DNA from: Bacteroidota bacterium
GTDB taxonomy: Bacteria; Bacteroidota; Bacteroidia; Bacteroidales; VadinHA17
Assembly (NCBI GenBank): GCA_015222065.1
Contig: JADFUQ010000311.1
Span: forward strand, 1 to 54,939
DNA: 54,939 nucleotides
Direction: 5' to 3'
A model generated the notes under the pieces. That model was given only the letters and a program-made list of their open reading frames with translations, made no database searches and was not told the origin of the DNA. A program made the position numbers and the translations under genes. The first letter of the stretch is position 1. The number at the start of each line of letters is the position of its first letter. Below, one piece after another: positions 25,515 through 34,527 of this stretch.

Positions 25515-25910
25515 ATGAGAAACGTAGTTAAAATAGCATCAAAACCGGAAAACCTGAGAGAAATTGAGAAATTTATTGATAAATTTAACGAAATAGAGGA
25601 ATTAGATAACGGTCTGTATGGGAAGGTAATGCTTGCGACAATAGAAGCGGCAAATAATGCAATAGTACATGGGAACAAGTTGGATCCGCAGAAAATTGTT
25701 AAGGTTGAAATAGCAAAAGGAGAAGGCAGAATTGAAATTTATGTTGAAGACCAGGGAAATGGATTTGATTATATGAGAATTCCGGATCCGACTGCACCGG
25801 AAAACATTGAAAATATTCATGGAAGAGGTGTTTTTTTAATGAAGCAATTGTCAGATGAAGTAAATTTTTATAAAAATGGAACTAAAGTGCAGATATTGTT
25901 TAAAATATAG
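25515..25910 (+). CDS. HATPase_c-type anti-sigma regulatory factor / Ser-Thr kinase (RsbW/SpoIIAB-like)
   Basis: 131 aa. N-box EAANNAIVHGN, G1 box DQGNGF, GRGVFLM. Confidence 0.7.
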   Translation: MRNVVKIASKPENLREIEKFIDKFNEIEELDNGLYGKVMLATIEAANNAIVHGNKLDPQKIVKVEIAKGEGRIEIYVEDQGNGFDYMRIPDPTAPENIENIHGRGVFLMKQLSDEVNFYKNGTKVQILFKI

Positions 25911-25974
25911 TAAGGTGAGTGGGTGAGTAAGGAAGAAGAAGAAAAATCAAATTTCACGATTTACGACTCACGAT
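25909..25974. repeat. C-poor word array followed by TTTCACGATTTACGA words
   Basis: agtaaggtgagtgggtgagtaaggaagaagaagaaaaa, then atttcacgatttacgactcacgatt. Confidence 0.7.
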
Positions 25975-26046
25975 TATTTAATTTTAGTCATTTAATCATT
26001 ATTACATTGTGATAATTAAGTACTGAATAGCTGAAATCTGTTTATT

Positions 26047-26460
26047 ATGGAAATATATTTTCATAAAGAAGATGTAAAAATTGAAGTCAAAGAAAAAGAG
26101 AGAATTAGGCAATGGATAGAGAAGACAATAAAAAATGAAGGGAAAAAAGGAGAAACAATAAATATAATTCTAACAGGAAATAATAATATAAAGTCTTTAA
26201 ATAAAAAGTATTTGAACAGAAATTATCTGACAGATATTATTGCTTTCAATTATAACAGGGAGAATATTATATCAGGAGACCTGTTTCTGAACCCGGGTAC
26301 AATTAAGAAAAACGCGGAAAAATATAAATCAAAATTTTCAGAGGAAATTAAAAGGGTTATAATTCATGGTGTTCTACACCTGATTGGTTATGATGATAAG
26401 AAAGAGGAGGAGAAAAAAGTGATGAGAGAAAAAGAAAATTTTTACCTGGATAGATTTTAG
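26047..26460 (+). CDS. ybeY: rRNA maturation RNase YbeY
   Basis: 137 aa. Metal-binding motif HGVLHLIGYDD. Confidence 0.9.
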   Translation: MEIYFHKEDVKIEVKEKERIRQWIEKTIKNEGKKGETINIILTGNNNIKSLNKKYLNRNYLTDIIAFNYNRENIISGDLFLNPGTIKKNAEKYKSKFSEEIKRVIIHGVLHLIGYDDKKEEEKKVMREKENFYLDRF

Positions 26461-26493
26461 ACCGTTATAGAGCTTACCAATAGAAGAAAAGAA

Positions 26494-26501
26494 TAAATTT
26501 G
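26494..26501 (+). promoter_or_regulatory. Bacteroidota-type -7 box (TAnnTTTG)
   Basis: TAAATTTG lies 80 nt upstream of the mnmG ATG. Confidence 0.3.
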
Positions 26502-26580
26502 TAGGTATTATAATAAAGCACTGTTTTTATCAGATGCAATTATTTGATTTTAAGTTGTTAATGTATAAGCAGTAAGGATA

Positions 26581-28452
26581 ATGAAAGAATATGATGTAAT
26601 TGTTATTGGAGCAGGACATGCAGGTTGCGAAGCAGCGGCAGCAGCAGCAAATTTGGGTTCTGAAGTGTTGCTGATAACAATGGATATGACAAAAATTGCG
26701 GAAATGTCATGCAATCCTGCTATGGGAGGAATTGCAAAGGGACAGATAATAAGAGAGATAGATGCTTTGGGAGGGTATAGTGGAATAGTAACTGATGAAA
26801 GCATGATACAGTTCCGAATGCTTAACAGGTCGAAAGGACCGGCAATGTGGAGCCCAAGGGCACAAAATGACAGAATGAAATTTTCGAGAGTTTGGAGGGA
26901 GAAACTGGAAAGAATTGAAAATATAGATTTTTGGCAGGATACGGTAGAAAGAATAATGATAAAGAATAAAAAAGCAGTTGGAGTAAAAACAAATATGGAA
27001 GCGTTAATAAAAGGGAAAAGTGTCATTATTACAAGCGGAACGTTTATGAATGGAATTATGTATGTTGGAAAAGTGCGGAATAAAGGAGGAAGAGCATCAG
27101 AACCTGCATCATACGGATTGTCAAAGCAATTAATGGAAATTGGTTTTGAGGTTGGAAGAATGAAAACCGGAACACCAGCAAGAATTGATGGAAGAACTGT
27201 TAATTTTAAAAAATTAAAGGAGCAAAAAGGGGATAAGGAAGGAAAATGTTTTTCATTTATAAATGATAAAGTTATTATAGAAAATGAAAAAAGCTGCTTT
27301 ATTACATATACAAACAAAGAAGTTCATAATATTCTTAAAGGAGGTCTTATGGATTCTCCTTTATATGATGGTACAATCAAAAGTATCGGACCAAGGTATT
27401 GTCCAAGCATAGAAGGAAAAATTGTAACATTTGAGGGAAAAGATATGCATCAGTTATTCCTTGAGCCGGAAGGGGAAAATACAGTAGAATATTATATTAA
27501 CGGATTTTCATCTAGTTTATCAATGGAAATACAGTTAGAAGCAATGAGGAAAATCGAAGGACTGGAAGAAGTAAAAATATTCAGACCGGGATATGCAATA
27601 GAATATGATTATTTTCCACCAACACAAATTAAGCATACACTAGAGACAAAAAAAATTGAGAACCTGTATTTTGCAGGACAGGTAAATGGAACCACAGGGT
27701 ATGAAGAAGCTGGTGCACAGGGATTAATGGCTGGAATTAATGCTCATTTAAAGTTGAAAAACAAAAAGGAAATAATTCTTAAACGTAACGAAGCTTATAT
27801 CGGAGTGCTTATTGACGACCTTATTACAAAGGGAGTTGATGAACCATACAGAATGTTTACGTCAAGAGCAGAGTACAGAATTTTGTTAAGACAGGATAAT
27901 GCCGATAAAAGACTTACGGAAATAGGATATAAAATCGGACTGGCATCTGAAGAAAGAATGGAAAAAGTAAGAAAAAAGTATGAAGAAAGAGATAAAACAA
28001 TTAAATGGATTAAGAAGGAATCAATAAAACCAGAAGAAATAAACGACTTGTTAGAAAAACTTGGAGCAAGAAAAATAAATCAAAGCAGAAAACTGGATAA
28101 AATACTGTTAAGGCCGGAAATTAAAATTAGAGACCTGGAAGAAGGATTGGGAAAAGTAAAAACGAAATTTGATGAAATAAGTGTAATGAAAGAAGAAATA
28201 TTGGAATCAGCAGAAATTGAGATTAAGTACGAAGGTTACATTGAAAGAGAAGAAAAAATTGCAAAAAAGATACTAAGACTGGAAGATATAAATATTAAGG
28301 AGGAAATTGATTATAAGGAAATGTTATCAATATCAACAGAAGGTAGGCAAAAGCTATCGAAAATAAGACCGAAAACAATTGGACAGGCATCCAGAATAAG
28401 TGGAGTTTCTCCTTCGGATATAAATGTATTGCTGGTATATATGGGAAGGTGA
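26581..28452 (+). CDS. mnmG: tRNA uridine 5-carboxymethylaminomethyl modification enzyme MnmG (GidA)
   Basis: 623 aa. FAD motif VIVIGAGHAGCEAA, GPRYCPSIE, FAGQVNGTTGYEEA. Confidence 0.95.
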   Translation: MKEYDVIVIGAGHAGCEAAAAAANLGSEVLLITMDMTKIAEMSCNPAMGGIAKGQIIREIDALGGYSGIVTDESMIQFRMLNRSKGPAMWSPRAQNDRMKFSRVWREKLERIENIDFWQDTVERIMIKNKKAVGVKTNMEALIKGKSVIITSGTFMNGIMYVGKVRNKGGRASEPASYGLSKQLMEIGFEVGRMKTGTPARIDGRTVNFKKLKEQKGDKEGKCFSFINDKVIIENEKSCFITYTNKEVHNILKGGLMDSPLYDGTIKSIGPRYCPSIEGKIVTFEGKDMHQLFLEPEGENTVEYYINGFSSSLSMEIQLEAMRKIEGLEEVKIFRPGYAIEYDYFPPTQIKHTLETKKIENLYFAGQVNGTTGYEEAGAQGLMAGINAHLKLKNKKEIILKRNEAYIGVLIDDLITKGVDEPYRMFTSRAEYRILLRQDNADKRLTEIGYKIGLASEERMEKVRKKYEERDKTIKWIKKESIKPEEINDLLEKLGARKINQSRKLDKILLRPEIKIRDLEEGLGKVKTKFDEISVMKEEILESAEIEIKYEGYIEREEKIAKKILRLEDINIKEEIDYKEMLSISTEGRQKLSKIRPKTIGQASRISGVSPSDINVLLVYMGR

Positions 28453-28493
28453 AGAAGTAAGAAGTATGTAGAAAGTAGTATGTAGTAAGAAGA
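28449..28493. repeat. C-poor word array
   Basis: gtgaagaagtaagaagtatgtagaaagtagtatgtagtaagaaga. Overlaps the mnmG stop codon. Confidence 0.8.
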
Positions 28494-28507
28494 GTTCCAC
28501 GTGGAAC
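28494..28507. promoter_or_regulatory. perfect 14-bp palindrome GTTCCACGTGGAAC (candidate operator, site 1)
   Basis: Exact palindrome. Its twin lies at 28575-28590. Confidence 0.45.
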
Positions 28508-28574
28508 AATGGGAAGAAAAAAGCTGAAAGTTATAAAGTTGAAAGTAAAAATACTTTATTACTAAAATCAATAT

Positions 28575-28590
28575 TGTTCCACGTGGAACA
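28575..28590. promoter_or_regulatory. perfect 16-bp palindrome TGTTCCACGTGGAACA (candidate operator, site 2)
   Basis: Exact palindrome ending 14 nt before the ade ATG. Centres of the two sites are 82 bp apart. Confidence 0.45.
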
Positions 28591-28603
28591 TTATTTATAA
28601 AGA

Positions 28604-30241
28604 ATGAAAGAAAAAAAATATTTATTATTTGGGAAATTAGTTGACCCGGTAAACAGAACGATAATGAATGCAGGTGTTTCTGTTGAAGATGGGAAGATCG
28701 CGAAAATAACGCCTGCTGAAAAGAAAAGCGGAAAATTTATTCTACCTGGTTTTGTTGATTCTCATGTGCATATTGAAAGCTCAATGCTTACTCCGGGAGA
28801 GTTTGCCCGACTGGCAGTCAGACATGGAACAGTAGCAACTGTGTCGGATCCACACGAAATTGCAAATGTATGCGGGAAAGAGGGGTTGCGATTTATGATT
28901 GAGGATGGGAAAAAAGTTCCGTTGAAATTTCATTTTGGGGTGCCGTCATGTGTACCGGCTACTGGTTTTGAAACAGCAGGTGCAACTCTGAATGCTAAAA
29001 TTGTTGAAGAGCTGTTAAAAAGCGATGATTACCTTTTCCTGTCAGAAATGATGAACTACCCGGGGGTAATATATAATGATACAGAGGTTTGGGAAAAGAT
29101 AAGATCTGCAATTAAATTAAATAAACCCATTGATGGACATGCGCCGGGAGTTACAGGTGAAAATCTGAAGAAATATGCCGGTGCAAAAATCTCTACTGAT
29201 CATGAATCTGCAACTATTGATGAGGCTATTGAAAAAATAAATAATGGTATTAAAACACAAATAAGGGAAGGAAGTGCAGCAAAAAACTTTAATGCTCTTT
29301 ATCCTTTGATTATAAAGTATCCTGAAAAGGTTATGTTGTGTACTGATGATTACCATCCTGACGATCTGGTAAACGGACATATTAACCTGCTTATTAAACG
29401 AGGTCTTGAGAAAGGGATTGACCTGTTTAACCTGTTAACAGTTGCTTGTGTAAACCCGGTTAAACATTACAATCTGCATGTAGGATTACTGCAGACCGGC
29501 GATCCTGCTGACTTTATTATTATTGATGATCTGGAGAATTTTAATGTCCTGGAGACTTATATTAACGGGGAGAAAGTATATGATAACGGGAAAACTTTAT
29601 TTGAATACAAAGCAGGCAAGCCGGTTAATAATTTCAAAAGGGAAAGAATATCGGAAAACGACCTGCTGGTAAAAGATAAAGGAAAAAATATAAGGGTTAT
29701 AAAATGTTTTGACGGACAGTTATTTACAAGCTCAATAGTTGTAAAAACGAATACCAGGAATGAACATGTAATTCCTGATGTTAAGAATGATATTTTGAAA
29801 CTGGTTGTTATAAACCGGTACAATAATTCTGAGCCTGCAATTGGATTTATTCATGGCATTGGATTTAAAGATGGTGCAGTGGCTCAAAGTATTGCTCATG
29901 ATAGTCATAATATTATTGCTGCAGGAACAAATGATGAAGATTTGCTAAAAGCTATTAATACAGTTATTTCTTTAAAAGGAGGTATTGCCATTAGTGAAAA
30001 AGGGAATATTCATCAATTACGCCTGGAAATAGCGGGCTTAATGTCCTCGGGAAGCGGAGAAAAAACAGCCTCCGCGTATGCTGAACTTAACGAATTAGCA
30101 AAATCTCTGGGGTCTTCATTTAAATCGCCCTTAATGACACTCTCGTTTATGGCTCTTCTGGTAATTCCTGAACTAAAACTGGGTGATAAAGGACTTTTTG
30201 ATATCAACGCTTTTTCTCAGGTATCATTGTTTGTGGATTAG
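28604..30241 (+). CDS. ade: adenine deaminase
   Basis: 545 aa. Amidohydrolase metal motif PGFVDSHVHIESSML, and Ade-type length and C-terminal domain. Confidence 0.9.
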   Translation: MKEKKYLLFGKLVDPVNRTIMNAGVSVEDGKIAKITPAEKKSGKFILPGFVDSHVHIESSMLTPGEFARLAVRHGTVATVSDPHEIANVCGKEGLRFMIEDGKKVPLKFHFGVPSCVPATGFETAGATLNAKIVEELLKSDDYLFLSEMMNYPGVIYNDTEVWEKIRSAIKLNKPIDGHAPGVTGENLKKYAGAKISTDHESATIDEAIEKINNGIKTQIREGSAAKNFNALYPLIIKYPEKVMLCTDDYHPDDLVNGHINLLIKRGLEKGIDLFNLLTVACVNPVKHYNLHVGLLQTGDPADFIIIDDLENFNVLETYINGEKVYDNGKTLFEYKAGKPVNNFKRERISENDLLVKDKGKNIRVIKCFDGQLFTSSIVVKTNTRNEHVIPDVKNDILKLVVINRYNNSEPAIGFIHGIGFKDGAVAQSIAHDSHNIIAAGTNDEDLLKAINTVISLKGGIAISEKGNIHQLRLEIAGLMSSGSGEKTASAYAELNELAKSLGSSFKSPLMTLSFMALLVIPELKLGDKGLFDINAFSQVSLFVD

Positions 30242-30360
30242 AAGAGCAAAAGAGCAGGGAGCAAAGAGCAAATAAGTTGGAAAAATAAAGAAAGAATGGG
30301 TTGTTAAGAAAAAAGTTCAAAGTTCAAGGTTAAGTCCGACAATAGACAAAATAGTAAAAT

Positions 30361-30455
30361 GCCACTAAGACACAAAAACACAAAGACTCACAAAGAAAGA
30401 ACAATCAATATTTTATACTTAGTGAGTTCTTTGAGTATTCGAGCCTTTGTGGCTA
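30361..30455. repeat. imperfect ~95-bp palindrome
   Basis: gccactaag..cacaaagactcacaaag ... cttagtgagttctttgag..cctttgtggc. Flanked by GTTCAAA words (30314-30334, 30473-30500). Confidence 0.55.
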
Positions 30456-30523
30456 GAAAGACTTCTCAGACTGAGTTCAAAGTTCAACCTTGAACCTTAA
30501 ATTATAAACTCTTTAACTCTTTA

Positions 30524-30550
30524 CACTGCATCACTGCATCACTGCATCAC
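30524..30550. repeat. CACTGCAT octamer x3 tandem array
   Basis: cactgcatcactgcatcactgcatcac. Related cactgcaacactgcatcac at 35751-35771. Confidence 0.85.
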
Positions 30551-30590
30551 TTCTTCTCTCTTATAACATAAAAATTACTACATTTCGGAA

Positions 30591-32426
30591 ATGGACAAAC
30601 CTGCACATATACCCGATCATATTAAATCTCTGCTGTCAGTGATGCCTGGCAAGCCTGGTGTATATCAGTATTTTGATAATAATGGTAATTTGATTTATGT
30701 AGGGAAGGCTAAAAATCTAAAAAAGCGAGTCTCTTCATATTTTACGGGGAAAAACTATGGTAAAACGAAAATTCTGGTCAGTAAAATTGCTGAGATAAAA
30801 CATATTGTTGTTGATTGTGAATCTGATGCACTATTGCTTGAAAACAACCTGATAAAAAAACACCGGCCCAGGTATAATATAATGCTCAAAGACGATAAAA
30901 CTTTCCCATGGATATGTATTAAAAATGAGCCTTTTCCAAGGGTTTTTTCTACAAGGAATATTATTTATGACGGATCGAATTATTTCGGTCCATATACCAC
31001 GGGAGGAATGGTGAAAACATTGCTTGAACTATTAAAAAAATTATATCCGCTCAGAACATGTTCATATAAACTCAATACGGAAAACATTAATAAAGGAAAA
31101 ATAAAAGTTTGTCTTGAATATCACCTTGGAAATTGCAAAGGTCCCTGCGAAGGTCTGCAGAGTGAAGAAGATTATGAAAAATTGATTAAACAAGTGAAAA
31201 ATATTCTGAAGGGAAATATTCAGGAAGTTATTGGATACTTGAAGAAGCTAATGGACGAATATGCAGCCGGATTAAAATATGAGGAAGCGGCTGTTATCAA
31301 AGAAAAAATAAAAACACTTGAAAAATACAGAAGCCGTTCAACCATTGTTAGTTTACGCATCAAAGATGTGGATGTTTTTTCAATAATTGATGACAAAAAG
31401 CGTGCATATGTTAATTATTTAAAGGTGATAAAAGGAGCAGTAGTTCAGTCACATACGGTAGAAATAAGAAAAAAACTTGATGAGACAAAAGAAGAAATAT
31501 TACCGATTGTTTTTATTGAAATAAGAAAGCGGTTTTCGAGTAAAGCAAAAGAAATAATTCTGCCATTTATGCCGGAGATTGAACTTAAAGAGGCAAATGT
31601 TACTGTTCCTCAAAGAGGTGATAAGAAGAAATTGCTGGATCTTTCAAAAAGAAATGCATGGTATTATCGCGGTGAGATTAAAAAACTTTTGGAAGGAAGT
31701 AAAAAATCAGTACGCCTGGAAAAGAAACTGGAGCAAATACAAAAAGACTTGAGAATAAAAAAATTGCCAACACGTATAGAGTGTTTTGATAATTCAAATA
31801 TTCAGGGAACAAATCCTGTTGCAGCTTGTGTAGTATTTAAAAACGGGAGACCTTTAAAACGGGAATACAGGCATTATAATATTAAGACAGTGCAGGGGGC
31901 AAATGATTATGCTTCAATGGGCGAGGTGGTATATCGAAGGTACAATAGATTATTAAACGAAAAGAAATCCCTGCCTCAGCTTGTGATAATTGATGGAGGG
32001 AAAGGTCAGTTAAACGCGGCAGTTGAAAGTCTTGACAAACTCAATATTCGTAATAAGCTAACAATAATTGGAATTGCAAAACGACTGGAGGAGATTTATT
32101 TTCCATTTGATCCGGTTCCTCTCTATCTTGACAAAAATTCTTATTCGTTGAAAATTATTCAGAATCTGAGAAATGAAGCACACAGGTTCGGAATCTCATT
32201 TCACCGGCAAAAACGATCAAGTAAATTTTTAGGATCAGAAATTGATCAGATAAAAGGAATTGGTCAGGAGACTATAAAAAAACTTTTCAAAAAATTTAAA
32301 AGTGTTGACGGAATAAAAAAAGCTGATAGTGAAGAACTGAAAAAACTTATTGGTAAGGCAAAAACTAAGATTTTACTGGAATATTTCAAAAATAGTCCTG
32401 GAACAGAAAAAAATGAAACAAAATAG
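30591..32426 (+). CDS. uvrC: excinuclease ABC subunit C
   Basis: 611 aa. GIY-YIG N-terminus (GVYQYFDNNGNLIYVGKAKNLKKRV), UVR domain, and C-terminal endonuclease/HhH region. Confidence 0.95.
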   Translation: MDKPAHIPDHIKSLLSVMPGKPGVYQYFDNNGNLIYVGKAKNLKKRVSSYFTGKNYGKTKILVSKIAEIKHIVVDCESDALLLENNLIKKHRPRYNIMLKDDKTFPWICIKNEPFPRVFSTRNIIYDGSNYFGPYTTGGMVKTLLELLKKLYPLRTCSYKLNTENINKGKIKVCLEYHLGNCKGPCEGLQSEEDYEKLIKQVKNILKGNIQEVIGYLKKLMDEYAAGLKYEEAAVIKEKIKTLEKYRSRSTIVSLRIKDVDVFSIIDDKKRAYVNYLKVIKGAVVQSHTVEIRKKLDETKEEILPIVFIEIRKRFSSKAKEIILPFMPEIELKEANVTVPQRGDKKKLLDLSKRNAWYYRGEIKKLLEGSKKSVRLEKKLEQIQKDLRIKKLPTRIECFDNSNIQGTNPVAACVVFKNGRPLKREYRHYNIKTVQGANDYASMGEVVYRRYNRLLNEKKSLPQLVIIDGGKGQLNAAVESLDKLNIRNKLTIIGIAKRLEEIYFPFDPVPLYLDKNSYSLKIIQNLRNEAHRFGISFHRQKRSSKFLGSEIDQIKGIGQETIKKLFKKFKSVDGIKKADSEELKKLIGKAKTKILLEYFKNSPGTEKNETK

Positions 32427-32451
32427 TTTATTCCATAATACATTAATATTC

Positions 32452-32473
32452 AACACATAATGCTGTGTTTTTT
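32452..32473 (+). terminator. weak intrinsic terminator
   Basis: AACACA-taatgc-TGTGTT followed by TTTT, 26 nt after the uvrC stop. Confidence 0.35.
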
Positions 32474-32535
32474 GTGTTTTTAAACTCATTTCCTTGTAAT
32501 ATTTTTTTATTCTTTTATAATACCCTGTGTAAATG

Positions 32536-32676
32536 TTAAGGAGGAAAGGAAGTGAAGAAGTCTAAGGGTCAAAAGTCGAAAAGGTCAAAGAGGGGGAAAT
32601 GAAGAAATGAGTAAATGGGGAAATGAGGTGAGAAGAAGTGGGAAGAAGTAAGAAGGAAGAAGAAGAGAATAATGAA
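32536..32676. repeat. C-poor word array
   Basis: 32586-32676 (91 nt) has no C. Includes ggtcaaaagtcgaaaaggtcaaag, the reverse complement of words at 16636-16668. Confidence 0.85.
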
Positions 32677-32711
32677 CTTTGAATTTCGAATATTGAATGA
32701 TTTAGATATAG

Positions 32712-32981
32712 TTGTTGAAAGGCATAATACTTACCTCCCTTTTTGCAGATATTAAACGCCATAAATACAAGATTTCTAAACAGGAGAAGGATATTGTCCG
32801 GCTTGTCCTCATGGGAAAAAGCAATAATGAAATTAAGGATATACTATTTATTTCTTATCATACAGTGAAAAATCATCTCTATTCAGTATATGGGAAATTA
32901 AATGTAAATTCCCGTTATGAACTTATCCTTTTAATCAACCGTTACTTCCAGAATACTACAGATAAGCAGAATTTGATTTAA
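32712..32981 (+). CDS. LuxR-type HTH domain protein (stand-alone or truncated)
   Basis: ISKQEKDIVRLVLMGKSNNEIKDILFISYHTVKNHLYSVYGKLNV is a LuxR/GerE HTH. The only in-frame start upstream of the HTH is a TTG at 32712. No receiver or ligand domain. Confidence 0.5.
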   Translation: MLKGIILTSLFADIKRHKYKISKQEKDIVRLVLMGKSNNEIKDILFISYHTVKNHLYSVYGKLNVNSRYELILLINRYFQNTTDKQNLI

Positions 32982-33220
32982 TTTAACTGAATCAGAAACA
33001 AATGTTACTTATTATTCATTCCCATTGACTTCTGATAATAACTTATATATTTATTGCTTGGTGATAACGAGAAGATAACCATATTGAGTAAATTTGCCCT
33101 ATATGTGCAATTACAACCTCTAATCCCCCATAACTCATACTTAAGGGCTGTAGCAATGGCGGGTAACCAGCAACATTATAATAACAACCAGAAGGAAAAG
33201 GCTTACCAAATCAGCTAAAA

Positions 33221-34195
33221 TTACTTAACTCTGCTGGCAGTGTACAAGGCAAGTTTTTGCAAAGAGGACCTTGCCTCGCTTTCAGGAAATTCGTTTAGAA
33301 TATCAAGCGCTTTGTTTTTATATTCATTCATTTTTTCTTTTGAATACTCCATTCCTTTATTATCCCTGACGAAACGAATTACTTCATTAACCTTGGAAGT
33401 TTTCTTGTTATGATGCCTTACAAGTCTGAGTATCTTTCTCCTTTGGGCCGGATTGGTATTTTTCAGAGCATGGATTAGTGGAAGTGTAAGCTTTTTCTCT
33501 TTGATATCATTCCCGGTTGGCTTACCCAAAAGTCCATTTTTCTCATAATCAAACAGATCGTCCCTGATCTGAAACGTAATTCCTATATATTCTCCAAATT
33601 GCTTCATTTTACTGATGGTCTCAGGATCATCTGTTACCGATTTGGTCCCGGAAGCACAACAAGCTGCAATAAGAGCAGCTGTTTTTTTCCGGATTATTTC
33701 AAAATACTCATCTTCGGAAATATTCAACTTTCGGGATTTTTGTATCTGTAATAATTCACCTTCACTCATCTCCTTTACCGCGAAAGAAACGATCTCAAGA
33801 ATTTCATATTCTTTGTTTTTTACTGATAATAGTAATCCTTTTGATAACAAGTAATCTCCAAGTAAAACAGCTACTTTTGATTTCCATAAGGCATTTATTG
33901 AAAAGAAACCCCTACGCTCAAATGATTCATCTACAACATCATCATGCACAAGGGTTGCTGTATGAAGAAGCTCAATTAAAGCGGCTGCAGTGAAACTAGA
34001 TTCGTTTATCTTGCCTGACAGTTTCGCAGCGAGGAAAACAAACATCGGCCTCAGTTGTTTCCCCTTCCTTCTTAGAATATAGTTTGTGATAATACTAAGA
34101 AGTGGCACCTTGCTTTTCATAATTGTGTTGAAATAACCGGAAAACCGCTTCATTTCTGTTTCTATGGGTGCTCTTATTTCCTTAACTGCAGACAT
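33221..34195 (-). CDS. ispB: polyprenyl diphosphate synthase (octaprenyl-type)
   Basis: 324 aa. Two Asp-rich motifs, LVHDDVVDE and QIRDDLFD. Confidence 0.9.
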   Translation of the reverse strand: MSAVKEIRAPIETEMKRFSGYFNTIMKSKVPLLSIITNYILRRKGKQLRPMFVFLAAKLSGKINESSFTAAALIELLHTATLVHDDVVDESFERRGFFSINALWKSKVAVLLGDYLLSKGLLLSVKNKEYEILEIVSFAVKEMSEGELLQIQKSRKLNISEDEYFEIIRKKTAALIAACCASGTKSVTDDPETISKMKQFGEYIGITFQIRDDLFDYEKNGLLGKPTGNDIKEKKLTLPLIHALKNTNPAQRRKILRLVRHHNKKTSKVNEVIRFVRDNKGMEYSKEKMNEYKNKALDILNEFPESEARSSLQKLALYTASRVK

Positions 34196-34379
34196 ACAAA
34201 TGTTTATAATATCAAACCTTTCGGCATAAACCTATTTATAAATAAAAAAAAGGCAAAAATAACAGGTATTAAAAGATGAATTAATTTTATTTGTCCAAAG
34301 ATAGAAAAATATATAATAGTCGTTTTTTGGGCAGTAACTTAATGTAAAGGAAGTTTAAAAATGTATAAAAAGTATACTG

Positions 34380-34497
34380 ATTTTGCGAACGAAGTGAAGC
34401 AATCTTTCATGACTTTTCGTAAAGTCCATGTTGATTTGTTATTTAGCATTCCGGTTGTTCTTGGGAGATTGCTTCGTCGCTACGCTCCTCGCAAAAT
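34380..34497. repeat. 118-bp hairpin / MITE-like element
   Basis: Left arm attttgcgaacgaagtgaagcaatct (34380-34405). Right arm agattgcttcgtcgctacgctcctcgcaaaat (34466-34497). Shares AGATTGCTTC and TCGCAAAAT pairs. The 12-mer aattttgcgaac also occurs at 10384-10395. Confidence 0.65.
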
Positions 34498-34527
34498 CTT
34501 TTTCCAACCAATAAAATCCGGTTAAAG

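Noticed and set aside
26550-27317. 255-aa ORF antisense to mnmG
   Set aside because: It lies entirely inside the well-supported mnmG CDS on the opposite strand. The translation is low-complexity and hydrophobic, which is typical of a shadow ORF opposite purine-rich (GAA/AAA) codons.
28453-28603. Purine riboswitch upstream of ade (and a preQ1 riboswitch upstream of queD at 35083-35092)
   Set aside because: No sequence resembling the conserved purine-riboswitch junction or loops is present. queD is only 10 nt from the upstream arsR-family gene.
30524-30550. Possible CRISPR array (this and other short tandem arrays)
   Set aside because: The units are 7-9 nt, directly abutting and degenerate. 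There is no 25-40 nt repeat with unique spacers, and no cas genes are in the window.
34361-34525. 54-codon ATG..TAA ORF (MYKKYTDFANEVKQS...) spanning the 118-bp hairpin element
   Set aside because: The reading frame runs through both arms of an inverted repeat and there is no promoter box. It is more simply explained as a chance ORF in a structured element.
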